From a virus: a stretch of 64,000 bases of DNA. The stretch covers positions 13,834 through 77,833 of the IMG/VR virus record IMGVR_UViG_3300046834_000025. The stretch is one strand, 5' to 3'. The notes beneath the pieces are model-generated. The model searched no databases, was not told the DNA's origin, and saw only the letters and a program-made list of their open reading frames with translations. Below are positions 36,156 through 46,100 of this stretch, piece by piece. The first letter of the stretch is position 1, and every line of letters starts with the position of its first letter. A program made the translations under genes and the position numbers.

Positions 36156-36671
36156 CCAAACGGTGTCCCCGGTGTACGCGAGATCTTCCACACTCTGAGT
36201 TCGGAAGGGATAGCTGGAAACGAGACGGCCTTCAAACCTACTGCCGGACATGTTGTTCAGCGAGAATGCAAGAGCACAAGATTCGGACAAACAAGCGTTG
36301 TCCAGACTGTGAGGCTCTCATCAGCCCCTATCGAGATCGTTGCCGCAAATGTTCTACTCTGGGTGAGAGAAGTGCTCGTTGGATCAGTGGACGGCAGAGG
36401 GATCGGAAGGGCTACGTTATCCTCAGCATAGCACAAGCACCGGGTGCTCTCAAGACACGACAGGGGGGGACAGATAGCTGAGCACCGATACGTCATGGAG
36501 CAGATCCTTGGTCGCGCTCTCCTCCCAACAGAAACCGTCCACCACAAGAACGGGGTCCGGGATGACAACCGACCTGAGAACCTCGAGCTCTGGTCTACCA
36601 GTCAGCCACCAGGCCAGCGAATCGAGGACAAGCTCCAATGGGCTCGTGAGTTCATCCGGCTGTACGGTTGA
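36152..36671 (+). pseudogene. HNH endonuclease split by a frameshift at a G7 tract
   Basis: zinc-finger half 36152-36481; AEHRYVME...VHHKNGVRDDNRPENLEL half in another frame; G7 at 36463-36469. Confidence 0.75.
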
Positions 36672-36828
36672 TCACCCGGAATGGTTGCGTTGAGGCAGGT
36701 CACCGCGTTATGATGACGAACAGCAGGGTCCGTGGTGGCCCGGAGGCAACGAAGACTACGAGCACTAGAGGTACACGTAGCTCGCTTCCCCTGTTACTAG
36801 TCTCCCTTTCAAAGACGAGAGGAAACCG

Positions 36829-37131
36829 ATGTCAACTGCCTCAATCTCAGGCACCATCGCCGGTTCCCGTCCTCTGTCACTAGGTTTCAACGTCGCCACT
36901 CCTCCACTTCTCATGGGTCGCAGCGTACTTCCGTGCGCCGGTCGTGCGAGCTTGTTCTTCCCCGCCACCTACCGAAACTGGGCACGAGTCCGAGAGGCTT
37001 GTGCCCTCTGTGACACTTGTCCTGTAGTTCGCGAATGTCTGGCATGGGCCGTCGCCAGACCTGACCTCGACGGTATCTGGGGCGGGACCACACCGCCTCA
37101 ACGTCGCCGAATACGAACAGGGAAAATCTGA
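36829..37131 (+). CDS. second WhiB-family regulator
   Basis: C...LFFP...CDTCPVVREC...GIWGG; exact start motif. Confidence 0.88.
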   Translation: MSTASISGTIAGSRPLSLGFNVATPPLLMGRSVLPCAGRASLFFPATYRNWARVREACALCDTCPVVRECLAWAVARPDLDGIWGGTTPPQRRRIRTGKI

Positions 37132-38207
37132 TGCCAAAGCACGTCGTTGTGATCCCTGCCGACCACGGCGGATGCGGCCAGTACCGGCTTGTCTGGCCAG
37201 CACAGGCAGTCGCACACGCCCGACCAGACTGGCACGTCACGGTTCTTGAGCCAGATGGAATCCAGGCAGGCTTTCGCGACGGCATGTTCACTGGTGTTCG
37301 AGGCTTTCCGAACCCGCAGCCAGACTTGCTCGTAATGCAGAGAGTTGGCACGCCTGCGCAGTTCCACATCTTCAAGTGGGCGAGCGAGCAGGGTATCGCT
37401 ACCGTGGTGGACTTCGATGACGCTATGTGGTGCATCGACAAGGACAACCTCGCGTGGAGAGCGTGGAACGTCCGCAACCCTTACAACCAGCACTGGCGCA
37501 CCTGTGAGGACGCCGCGAGGATCGCGGACCTGGTGACCGTAACAACTGTTGCACTGGCACAGCGGTATGGCAAGAACCACCATCGTACCGAGGTCATCCC
37601 GAACAGGGTGCCGATCGCGGCGACCGGTCTTCCTCGCCACGAGGACAACGAGGTCTTCACGGCAGGGTGGTGCGGGTACACCAAGACGCACCCTGGCGAC
37701 TGTACGGTGAGCGCGCCTGCAGCCCACGCCGTCTTGGACGACGGCGGTGCTCTCCGGGTCGTGGCCGACCCCCTTGGTGCCGCGACCGAGTGGGGCATCG
37801 ATCCGGCCAGGGTCGACCCCATCGGGCCGCAGAAGTTCGGGCCGGAGTACTACCGTTCGATCTCGAGGCTCGACCTCATGTTGGTGGGCCTCAAGGACAC
37901 ACCCTTCAACAGAGCCAAGAGCTTCCTCAAGGTACTTGAGGCTGGTGCCGTAGGCACGCCGTCGATTGCACCGGACAACCACCCGCACCGAGCCCTTGCC
38001 GCCACGGGTTACCCTGTCATTCTTGCGAGCTCACCGAGTGAGTGGGCCGATGCTGCAAAGCAGATCAAGGGCATCTGGGAGGCAGACGGACCAGAGTATA
38101 TGCGCGAGCTTGTGTCTGACGCAACCGCCGCCAACTGGACGATCGAAGGCAACGCTGAACACTGGGCACAAGCTTGGGAGCGCGCGATGCAAAGGAAGCA
38201 CGGATGA
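37131..38207 (+). CDS. glycosyltransferase (GT-B, GT4-like)
   Basis: GCGQYRL, VDFDD, FNRAKSFLKVLEAGAVGTPSIA. Confidence 0.8.
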   Translation: MPKHVVVIPADHGGCGQYRLVWPAQAVAHARPDWHVTVLEPDGIQAGFRDGMFTGVRGFPNPQPDLLVMQRVGTPAQFHIFKWASEQGIATVVDFDDAMWCIDKDNLAWRAWNVRNPYNQHWRTCEDAARIADLVTVTTVALAQRYGKNHHRTEVIPNRVPIAATGLPRHEDNEVFTAGWCGYTKTHPGDCTVSAPAAHAVLDDGGALRVVADPLGAATEWGIDPARVDPIGPQKFGPEYYRSISRLDLMLVGLKDTPFNRAKSFLKVLEAGAVGTPSIAPDNHPHRALAATGYPVILASSPSEWADAAKQIKGIWEADGPEYMRELVSDATAANWTIEGNAEHWAQAWERAMQRKHG

Positions 38208-38788
38208 AGAGACTGAAGTTCGCTGTCATCACAACGCACAACCGGCCAAGAGACTACCGGGACTGCTTGGCAGCGATTCGACCTCAAGTCGACCAGGTCT
38301 ACACCGTCAGCCACCATGCGCCGTACACCAAGAAGTACCACGACCAGACAGCGGTGATCACGTTCCCGGATGCCCTGATCAACATCTCTGAGGCATGGAA
38401 TCTCGGCTTGCGCGCGGCTGCTGTCAGAGCCAACTCTCATCCCTACGATGTTGCCGTCCTGAACGACGATGCGATCGTGCCGGAGACTTGGTTCGAGACT
38501 GTAACAGCCTCAATGCGTAGGCTCAAAGCTTCTGCCGGTGCAGCACGTCGTAGGGACGATCCTCGCATGGCAGGCTTCGCCTTCATCCTGGACGGCGGAG
38601 CAGGCATCTACGCCGACGAGCAGTTCCAGTGGTGGTATGGCGACACTGACATCGAGCGCCGTGTCGGCACGGTCGCTCAGCCCAACGGACTCGTGGTCGA
38701 ACACCGGCATCCGAACTCGACCACGATCGGTGCCCTGGCCGAGATCGCCAAAGCAGATGCCCGTCGCTACGATCGGAAGTGGGCCTGA
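38204..38788 (+). CDS. glycosyltransferase (GT-A, GT2-like)
   Basis: VITTHNR, AWNLGL, VLNDD, DEQFQWWYGDTD. Confidence 0.75.
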   Translation: MKRLKFAVITTHNRPRDYRDCLAAIRPQVDQVYTVSHHAPYTKKYHDQTAVITFPDALINISEAWNLGLRAAAVRANSHPYDVAVLNDDAIVPETWFETVTASMRRLKASAGAARRRDDPRMAGFAFILDGGAGIYADEQFQWWYGDTDIERRVGTVAQPNGLVVEHRHPNSTTIGALAEIAKADARRYDRKWA

Positions 38789-39288
38789 TGCACCCTGAAG
38801 CGCGAGAGGGCTTCGCACGGATGCTGGTGGATTCCGGCATCGATCCGTCCGACCGGATGCAAGTTCTCGATCTCGGTGGCCAGAACGTCAATGGGACGGT
38901 TCACGACCTGTTCACGCACCCTGGCACTGTCGTCACTACACTCGACCTGGAGAACGCCGACATCATCGCTGACGCGACGAGGTGGTCATCCGGCAAGCGG
39001 TACGACCTGGTGATGGCGACAGAGGTCTTCGAACACGTCAAGAACTGGCGTGCCGTGATTGAGACGGCATGGTCTGCACTGCGACCGGCTGGTGTCCTGA
39101 TCGCCACCTGCGCCTCGACCAACCGGCCAGTCCACGGTGCGACCGGCGCACCGGCTCCGGCACCAGGGGAGTGGTACGAGAACGTCACGCCGGACGAACT
39201 GTCCGATGTGCTTGTCTACCTGTTCCACCGCTACAACATCGAGTACCGTTATCCTCCTGGCGATGCGTACATGTGGGGTGTCAAGTGA
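38788..39288 (+). CDS. class I SAM-dependent methyltransferase
   Basis: VLDLGGQNVNG, YDLVMATEVFEH, LRPAG. Confidence 0.85.
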   Translation: MHPEAREGFARMLVDSGIDPSDRMQVLDLGGQNVNGTVHDLFTHPGTVVTTLDLENADIIADATRWSSGKRYDLVMATEVFEHVKNWRAVIETAWSALRPAGVLIATCASTNRPVHGATGAPAPAPGEWYENVTPDELSDVLVYLFHRYNIEYRYPPGDAYMWGVK

Positions 39289-39485
39289 GCGTTCAAGAGT
39301 CGATCGTTCGCGTCCAGAACCACGTCTGGACTCTCGACCTGGCCACGAACATGTGGAGCCTGTACGACATGACTTTGCACCAAGTCAATCACTACTGGTG
39401 GTTGACGTGTGGCGATGGCTCGCAGTACAACTGTGGACCGGAGTCCGGTCCTGCATTCGAGCGAGCAACCCGCTATGCACAGTGA
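39285..39485 (+). CDS. hypothetical protein
   Basis: GTGA overlap, fills the gap. Confidence 0.45.
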   Translation: MSVQESIVRVQNHVWTLDLATNMWSLYDMTLHQVNHYWWLTCGDGSQYNCGPESGPAFERATRYAQ

Positions 39486-40056
39486 CGTGACGGTTGTCAT
39501 ACCGACCATCGCACCTCGTGCGCACATGCTCGAGCGCGCGCTGAGAAGCGTTGACATCCAAACCTACTCTCAGCTAGGTACCATCGTGGAGACCGACACG
39601 CAGCATCTCGGCGCAGCCATGACCAGGCAGCGCGGACTCGAACAGGTGCATACCAAGTGGGTTGCGTTCCTGGATGACGACGACGAGTTTGAGCCGTATC
39701 ACGTTGAGTCCCTTCTCGAACACGCTTGGAAGACAGACGCAGACTTCGTCTTCTCTTGGTACCGTGTAATCGGCGGAACCGACCCTCGTGCAGACGAGTT
39801 CGGCAAGCCGTGGGACGAGTACAACCCCCGCCAGACCACGATCACGACCCTCGTTCGCACGGAACTCGCTCTGGCCGTTGGAGGATTCGTCGACCCGGAC
39901 GACGATCTGCTGTCACCTGGTCGGCAATGTGCCGGAGAAGACTTCCGATTCACTAAGCGGATCAACAAGGCGGGCAAGATCGTTCATTTGCCAGAGAAGA
40001 CATGGCGCTGGTACCACCACAGTTCGAACACGAGCGGTCTACCAACTCGCTGGTAG
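39475..40056 (+). CDS. glycosyltransferase (GT2)
   Basis: VTVVIPT, RALRSV, WVAFLDDDD, GED. Confidence 0.88.
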   Translation: MHSDVTVVIPTIAPRAHMLERALRSVDIQTYSQLGTIVETDTQHLGAAMTRQRGLEQVHTKWVAFLDDDDEFEPYHVESLLEHAWKTDADFVFSWYRVIGGTDPRADEFGKPWDEYNPRQTTITTLVRTELALAVGGFVDPDDDLLSPGRQCAGEDFRFTKRINKAGKIVHLPEKTWRWYHHSSNTSGLPTRW

Positions 40057-40089
40057 TCTGTGTTACAATGGAAGCGAAGGGAGACCGAC

Positions 40090-40368
40090 ATGATCTTACG
40101 CCCGCACCCACGGTTCACCACAGCGCGCTTCCGCGCGATTCAAGAGGTAGAGGAGGGCCGAGTCACGTACTGGCATGGCATGATCTCCGAACACGAGCAC
40201 CAGGAAAACTGGCTCGTGGATGGCCAGCGAGTCAACCCGACGGCATACAACTGGTTGCGCGAGTTGGATCTTGTCAAGCGCGTTCCAGGTATCGGCCAGC
40301 CGCACGCGATGATGCTCACCCCGCGCGGCCTAGAAGCCCTCGAACGAGAGACGGTGCGTACCGCATGA
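40090..40368 (+). CDS. hypothetical protein
   Basis: AGGGAG RBS. Confidence 0.6.
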   Translation: MILRPHPRFTTARFRAIQEVEEGRVTYWHGMISEHEHQENWLVDGQRVNPTAYNWLRELDLVKRVPGIGQPHAMMLTPRGLEALERETVRTA

Positions 40369-40727
40369 TCCAGTACAAGACAATCAATCTCGGTGAGATG
40401 GTTGCTGCGTTGCAGGCATTGCCTGCCGATGCAGTGATCCTCGACACTGATGGTACCATGTTCTCCTACCGTGGCTACTACGATCAGTTGGCACTCAATC
40501 TCGCCCCTGGTGAGCAGGCCGACAAGGACGTGCTGTTGACCTTCGCCACGGCGGCTCTCGCCGGACAGACCTTCCACGGGTACCGAGGTGGTGAGTACTT
40601 GGCAACTGACACCACCGCTGTCTTCGTGGCTGCATTCGGTGAGACGAGCGACCTGCGGCTGATGGGCTTCCGCCCGTCAAATGCAGCCTACGAAATCGAG
40701 GTAGTCAGCGTGGTACCGATCTTCTAG
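40365..40727 (+). CDS. hypothetical protein
   Basis: SYRGYYDQLA...TFHGYRGGEY; ATGA overlap. Confidence 0.65.
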   Translation: MIQYKTINLGEMVAALQALPADAVILDTDGTMFSYRGYYDQLALNLAPGEQADKDVLLTFATAALAGQTFHGYRGGEYLATDTTAVFVAAFGETSDLRLMGFRPSNAAYEIEVVSVVPIF

Positions 40728-40933
40728 AGGCTACCACGACGGCGTAGCTGCATCAGCGACAGCACCAGAGTGGCCACCAGGGCAGCCGCCACCGTCCTGA
40801 CGGCACCGGCATAGACTGCGCTGGCCGCGATCAGACCGACCACCAGGGCGACCGCCAGGAGCCGTCCGACCAGGGTGCTGATGACTTCGCGTGTCGTCAG
40901 TGCCTCTCGCCAGCCTCGAAGTTCGTCGCGCAT
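40724..40933 (-). CDS. small two-TM membrane protein (possible holin)
   Basis: two hydrophobic helices, basic tail, end of late operon. Confidence 0.55.
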   Translation of the reverse strand: MRDELRGWREALTTREVISTLVGRLLAVALVVGLIAASAVYAGAVRTVAAALVATLVLSLMQLRRRGSL

Positions 40934-40935
40934 GA

Positions 40936-41256
40936 TCAGTCCAACCTAGAACCGATATGTCCCGTGATGTAGTTCAGCGCGAAGACGCCGGTCATCCACC
41001 GCCACCACTCGGCAGCCTCACCAGGACCGCCGACCAGCCAGAGCGAGATGCAGGCGGCAACGCCGATCCAGAAGCCGACGCAGAAGGGACACTGCAACCC
41101 TTCAACGTACTTGGCCCACCGTGACTCCTTGCCTCGGTAGGCTCTCTTGGCTATCGGCTTGTAGAGCCACCACTGGCCGATACTGTCCGTGGTCACGACT
41201 CGCGTGAGGCGAAGCGTGACAAGGACCAGGAGCACAAGGTCTAGTGCGATGAACAT
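40936..41256 (-). CDS. DUF1360-family membrane protein
   Basis: RLTRVVTTDSI...LQCPFCVGFW. Confidence 0.8.
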   Translation of the reverse strand: MFIALDLVLLVLVTLRLTRVVTTDSIGQWWLYKPIAKRAYRGKESRWAKYVEGLQCPFCVGFWIGVAACISLWLVGGPGEAAEWWRWMTGVFALNYITGHIGSRLD

Positions 41257-41265
41257 GTTCCCACC

Positions 41266-43125
41266 CTATATCTTGATGATGTACTGCACCGCTCCAGATG
41301 GCTGGAACGAGTTCTGGCTGTCAGTGTTGCCCATCAGGCCGATGCCGAACGAGTGTGTAACATTCGAAACCGTTCTGGTGGCTGCATAGAACACTTCGGA
41401 AGTCCATGAGCCAGTAGCCGCACCGCTCTGTACGCGGAAGCCGGAAGTCGTGTTCGATGCGAGCTTGGCTGCACCGTCGTCGGATAGCGGATGCGTGTGT
41501 GTCTTGGTGCCATAGTACTTGCCAACTGCCGGAAACTCTGTGGAGCCATCGAAACCGACAGCGGTACGACCTCTGAAGTTCGGCAGGCGGAACTGATCGG
41601 CTGTTTCACCACTAGTATTCCAGAGAGTCCCGATCACACCGAACAGATCTGGATAGGCCTTACGGCTTAGAACGGTACCATCGCAGAGGAGCCAGCCTGC
41701 TGGAGCCGTGATCCCGCCGAACATGGTGATCGAGCCAATCGGCGGAAGCACACCGACCGGGGCCGTTTCAGTCTTGCCTGTTGAGAGGTCGAGCCGCACA
41801 AGACGAATGCGCTCACGCAATGTGTTCGGGTTGCCGACCGTTTCGACCAAGGCGGAGACAGACCACGGACTCCAGTCTACGTGAGCACCCTTGGTTCGCA
41901 CCTGCCATTCGATCTCGCTGTTGTCAGGGAACGTGTTCGCGGCCATGCTTGCTGATGCCGACGAGGACGCAATCTCTGCCTCGATCGTCCAGGCTGGTGC
42001 ACCGACGACACGCCACTGTATCTGTTCCTTCGTCTGTGCCGTGGTGTCCGAGGTGTTGTACTTCCAGGAGAATGTGTTCGCCGTGGTCGGACTGATGATC
42101 GAGCCATTCGGCGCGAGATTCGTTGGAGCGAATGGCGCAGAGGTGATGCCAGCCGTTTCTGTTGTCTCACCCGTATAGGCACTGTAGAGTGTGCCCTGGA
42201 TACCAGTAGTTGTCTTGGCTCGAAGCTTGTACTTAGTCTTCTTGGCGGCGTTGGCCGTTGTGTCGATGTAACTCTGAGAAGAACCAAGGCCAGTGTGCGC
42301 GATCGTGGCCAAGAGTGCGTACACGCCGTCCTGTGCTCGCCACACCTCGATAGAGAACTCATCGTAGCCACCGGACTTGTTCTTCCACGAGACGGTCTGT
42401 TGTGCGCCAGATGGCCCGTCATAGCGAGCTGGTCCCAACGGAGGAGCTGGAGCAGTGTAGATGTAGCTCGTGTAGTCCCAGGCCGATGATCCCTTGCTGT
42501 TGGATGATCTGACTGCGTACCTGTACTTGCGATCCTCGAGAACACTGTCGGTGATCGATGTGCTGGAGCCGCTTGTCGTACCGAGATCGACGTAGTCGCC
42601 GTCGAGTGTCTGAACACGGGTAAGAACTGACTCCCACGGCCTCTCGGGAATGCTCTTGTTCGACCAGGTGATCTTGTGAGCGGTCGAGGAAACACGAGCC
42701 ACTTCACCGTTGGTCGGCGGGTTCGGTGCCGCGATCGGACGGGCCGGAATCGTCGTGGTGACAGAGATCGTCGGCGTGACGCCATTGAATGCACCACTCA
42801 GTGTTGCAACGAGAGTCCATGTGCCAGGAGACTCACCGTAGGAACTATCAGAGTAGTCACGGAAGAAGGAAACTAGGTCTCGCTGAACCGCTGCAGTGCC
42901 ATCGTTATTGGTGAACGAGATCGATGAGCGGCCCTGGAAGTTGTTGTCCAACTGGTTCGAGTAGTTGATGACCTGGCTGTCGTTGTACGGGTCTGTGTTC
43001 TGCGAGTAGATCTTTACGATGAGGTGGGCCTCGTCGTCCGAGGTCTGGACTGCATCCCATGCGACATCGAGCCCAAGGCGGATACCGATGCCGCTGGACT
43101 CGTAGCTGCCCCACTGGATAGCCAT
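41266..43125 (-). CDS. tail fibre/minor tail protein with FN3-like repeats and tail collar domain
   Basis: YRYAVRSSN, APFAPTNL; PIGSITMFGG..APAGWLLCDG...FRLPNFRGR. Confidence 0.85.
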   Translation of the reverse strand: MAIQWGSYESSGIGIRLGLDVAWDAVQTSDDEAHLIVKIYSQNTDPYNDSQVINYSNQLDNNFQGRSSISFTNNDGTAAVQRDLVSFFRDYSDSSYGESPGTWTLVATLSGAFNGVTPTISVTTTIPARPIAAPNPPTNGEVARVSSTAHKITWSNKSIPERPWESVLTRVQTLDGDYVDLGTTSGSSTSITDSVLEDRKYRYAVRSSNSKGSSAWDYTSYIYTAPAPPLGPARYDGPSGAQQTVSWKNKSGGYDEFSIEVWRAQDGVYALLATIAHTGLGSSQSYIDTTANAAKKTKYKLRAKTTTGIQGTLYSAYTGETTETAGITSAPFAPTNLAPNGSIISPTTANTFSWKYNTSDTTAQTKEQIQWRVVGAPAWTIEAEIASSSASASMAANTFPDNSEIEWQVRTKGAHVDWSPWSVSALVETVGNPNTLRERIRLVRLDLSTGKTETAPVGVLPPIGSITMFGGITAPAGWLLCDGTVLSRKAYPDLFGVIGTLWNTSGETADQFRLPNFRGRTAVGFDGSTEFPAVGKYYGTKTHTHPLSDDGAAKLASNTTSGFRVQSGAATGSWTSEVFYAATRTVSNVTHSFGIGLMGNTDSQNSFQPSGAVQYIIKI

Positions 43126-43128
43126 GCG

Positions 43129-46100
43129 TCACCTCAGAAGGTAGGACTGTTGCGGATGGAAGTGGAATGTCGTTTCGTCAGAAGCAAAGCCGACCTGTTG
43201 GACGATCTGCCCGACTGCATTGGGGTTCTTCGTACCGATCTGGCCGGGTTGTGTCTGGAGGAATTGCAGACCGGGCTGCAGTCCGACCAGGGCTGGAACG
43301 TAGCCAAGAGTGAAGACTGGGACGGCATCTCCTGGCTCGGCATCCTCCAAGACGAAGCCGTGGGCCTCATGCGGTTCGATGGTTCCGGCATGATAGGGTG
43401 AGAGGACCGAACTTGCTTCCACCATCAGCGCATCCCAGTACACGAGCTCTGTGGGGATGTTGGATCCATTGAAGATTCGAATCAGCGCACTTGTCGTGTC
43501 TCCCGGCAGAGTTACAGTTACGGAGACTCTATAGGTGCCTACAGCATTGGCTGCAGCGACCCCCGGTACAGTGTACTGCACACCGCCGTTGTTTGATGGA
43601 GACGTGATGTATACCCAGATGTTTCGTGCTGCCGCACTGAGAGACCCAGTCTGGACGTTCGCCACTCTGATAGTGCCAGAGATAGTATACGTTCTGCCTG
43701 GAACCAGGAAGGAGGGCATGCCAGCAGAGACACCGATGTAGGCACTGCTGTTGACAGTCGCGCCATTCGGCGTGATCAGCAATGAGGCGACTCCATCAGC
43801 CGCAAAGCTAGTCGACCTGGCTATGGTTGCGTTGCTAGCGATGTATCCACTGGCGTCTGTTTCGATCGATGGGTTCGGAAGCAGGTTCATGGCACCCGCC
43901 TGCGCTGGTCGAACGAAGAACACTCCGTTGTTGTCCCATGTGTTCACAAGCATACCATACCGAACGGCGTCACTGACCCGCATCGAGTTCGTCAGGAGCT
44001 TGTACGGCGGCAGGCTGTTGTATGCGATGCGATCTGGGTCCAGAATGCCGGTCGTCAGGTCGCTTGCGTCAGAGTCATACTGCGTGGAGCCCGTGAAGTC
44101 TAGTGGGAGCCAAGCACCGTCGTAGAGCTCGTAGACAGCGGTGATCTTCCCGCCGACCAAATGGGATGTCGAGGCGTGCGGTGCGCCGTCCCACACGGCA
44201 TCGTAGGAGTCGCCATCGAAGTACCGACCAGTGGCCTCTTCCTGCTCGATCAGGGCAGCGTTGATGCGCCAGACGGCGCTTGCATTCGGGTTGACAACCT
44301 GGATACCACCGAGATATGCTACAATGCCGCCACTGGGAACCGGCGCTGCGACTTTCAGTTCCACCCATTCATCTGTCAGCAGAGTGACTGGTGGGCTGTT
44401 GAAGTGCTCTACGAGGCCTGCAGCGGCATCGTAGTAGCGAAGGCTGACATAGGACCCCACGCCAGAGCCGGACTCGAGACGGGCAAAGACGGTGATCGCC
44501 CACGACTGTCCCTCGCTCACCGGGAAGCCAGGAATGCCGCCGTCCCACGAAATCGAATGCAACTCAGCGGCAGCCGTGTTCAGCGCCCGCGCGTCATGGG
44601 TGCCCGTGCCAGGAATCGGCACGGAGACATCAGTGAGTTCTCGTGTGAAGGTACCTGTGCCGGTCGATGTCCAGCCTGCCAGGTCGAGTTCGAACGACGG
44701 GTTGGAGCAGTGGTTCTGCCTCGCACGGGTACGAGTGTACCACATCGAGCCTGGCTCGCGACCCTTGATGAGCGTGTTGGCTCCGACACCATCAACAGCG
44801 TGGGCCGGGTCGGCAGCCTCAGCGATGTGATACGAAACTGTCCACGGCGCAACCTCACTGAATGACGAGACCGTCCAGGTGCCGTCGTAGGGTGCCCCTA
44901 CGCGGGTAACGACGATCAGGCCACCGATCGGCATTGTCATGCCGCCCACGTCGTCCAGGGTCAGCCTGGCGACACCGCCTGTGGATGTGCCCTCGATGTA
45001 CGTGTCCAGGCCGGGAGCTACCTCGAGCAGGGCTGCATCCACCTGCCAGACATCTGCGTTGGCTACACTCGGAGAGGAGACACCTGGTGCCACCGTCACG
45101 GCAGTGGCCGGGACTACTGCCGTGACGTATGGTCGCACCCAGGTACCATCAGCGGGTAGCTGAACCGGCGCACCGGAGATACTAACGCCGCCAACGATTG
45201 CGCCGACTGAGTCGTAGAACCACACCGTCGCAGTGTAGTCGGCTCCACCGATACCAGACATCAGTCTAGCGTAGGCAGAGAACGTGATTGTCTGGCCGAC
45301 TGTAACTGGGATGCGATTTGCAGTTGCAAGAGTAAGATAGTGCGTGTTGGCAGTTCCGTCGTTAGTCAGTTGTGCTACGGCAGTACCAGACTGCATGCGC
45401 GCCGAAGGCGTTCGGACCACGGGTGGTATCACCCTGGTCAAGGCTGCACGCACGCCCGACCAGCCCGCTGTGTCGATCTCGAAAGACGGATTGGGGAACA
45501 GGTTGGACCTAGAGCCTAGAATCTCTGCCTGCACGATCCGCCACAAGCCATCCGGCAGAAGGTTGCCACCATCGGAGCTCGCGTAGTAGAGAACGTCCTC
45601 TGCCGTAGGCTCGTAGTCAGAGATCGAGATTCGACCATCAGCCGTGTTAGCGAGGTTGTGTGCGTCAATCGCCGTCACACCAGAGATCGCGGCCTTAATC
45701 GCAATCTCGTTCAGGGTCGAGTCACCGACCACGAGATCGCCTGCGTTCTCAATGATCTCATCAACCTTTGGGTCTGAGGCATCGACCCAGATCATGTTGT
45801 CGGCGTCCCAGACCCACGGTTTCATGTTGTCGTTCGTGTCATACCAAAGATCGTTGTCTGGCATATCCGGTGTGCCGTCCGGCCACGGCGGCTCGTCCTG
45901 GCGATAGATGTCATTGCCACCATCACCGCCAGATGGTGTGGGTGCGGGTGGCAAGGAGTCAGGCGGGATGTACTCACCAGAGATAACCGGCTGCGCACCA
46001 GGGAGATCGATCACACGCTGATAGTCATCGCTGATCAGAATGGTGACTGGCTGCTCATACGGGCCTTCAGGCATGACAGCGAGATCGTGGATCGTAAGCG

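Noticed and set aside
14758-36671. Group I introns or inteins around the HNH genes
   Set aside because: Neighbouring genes are complete on one side of each HNH, there is little non-coding space for a ribozyme core, and no intein termini were seen
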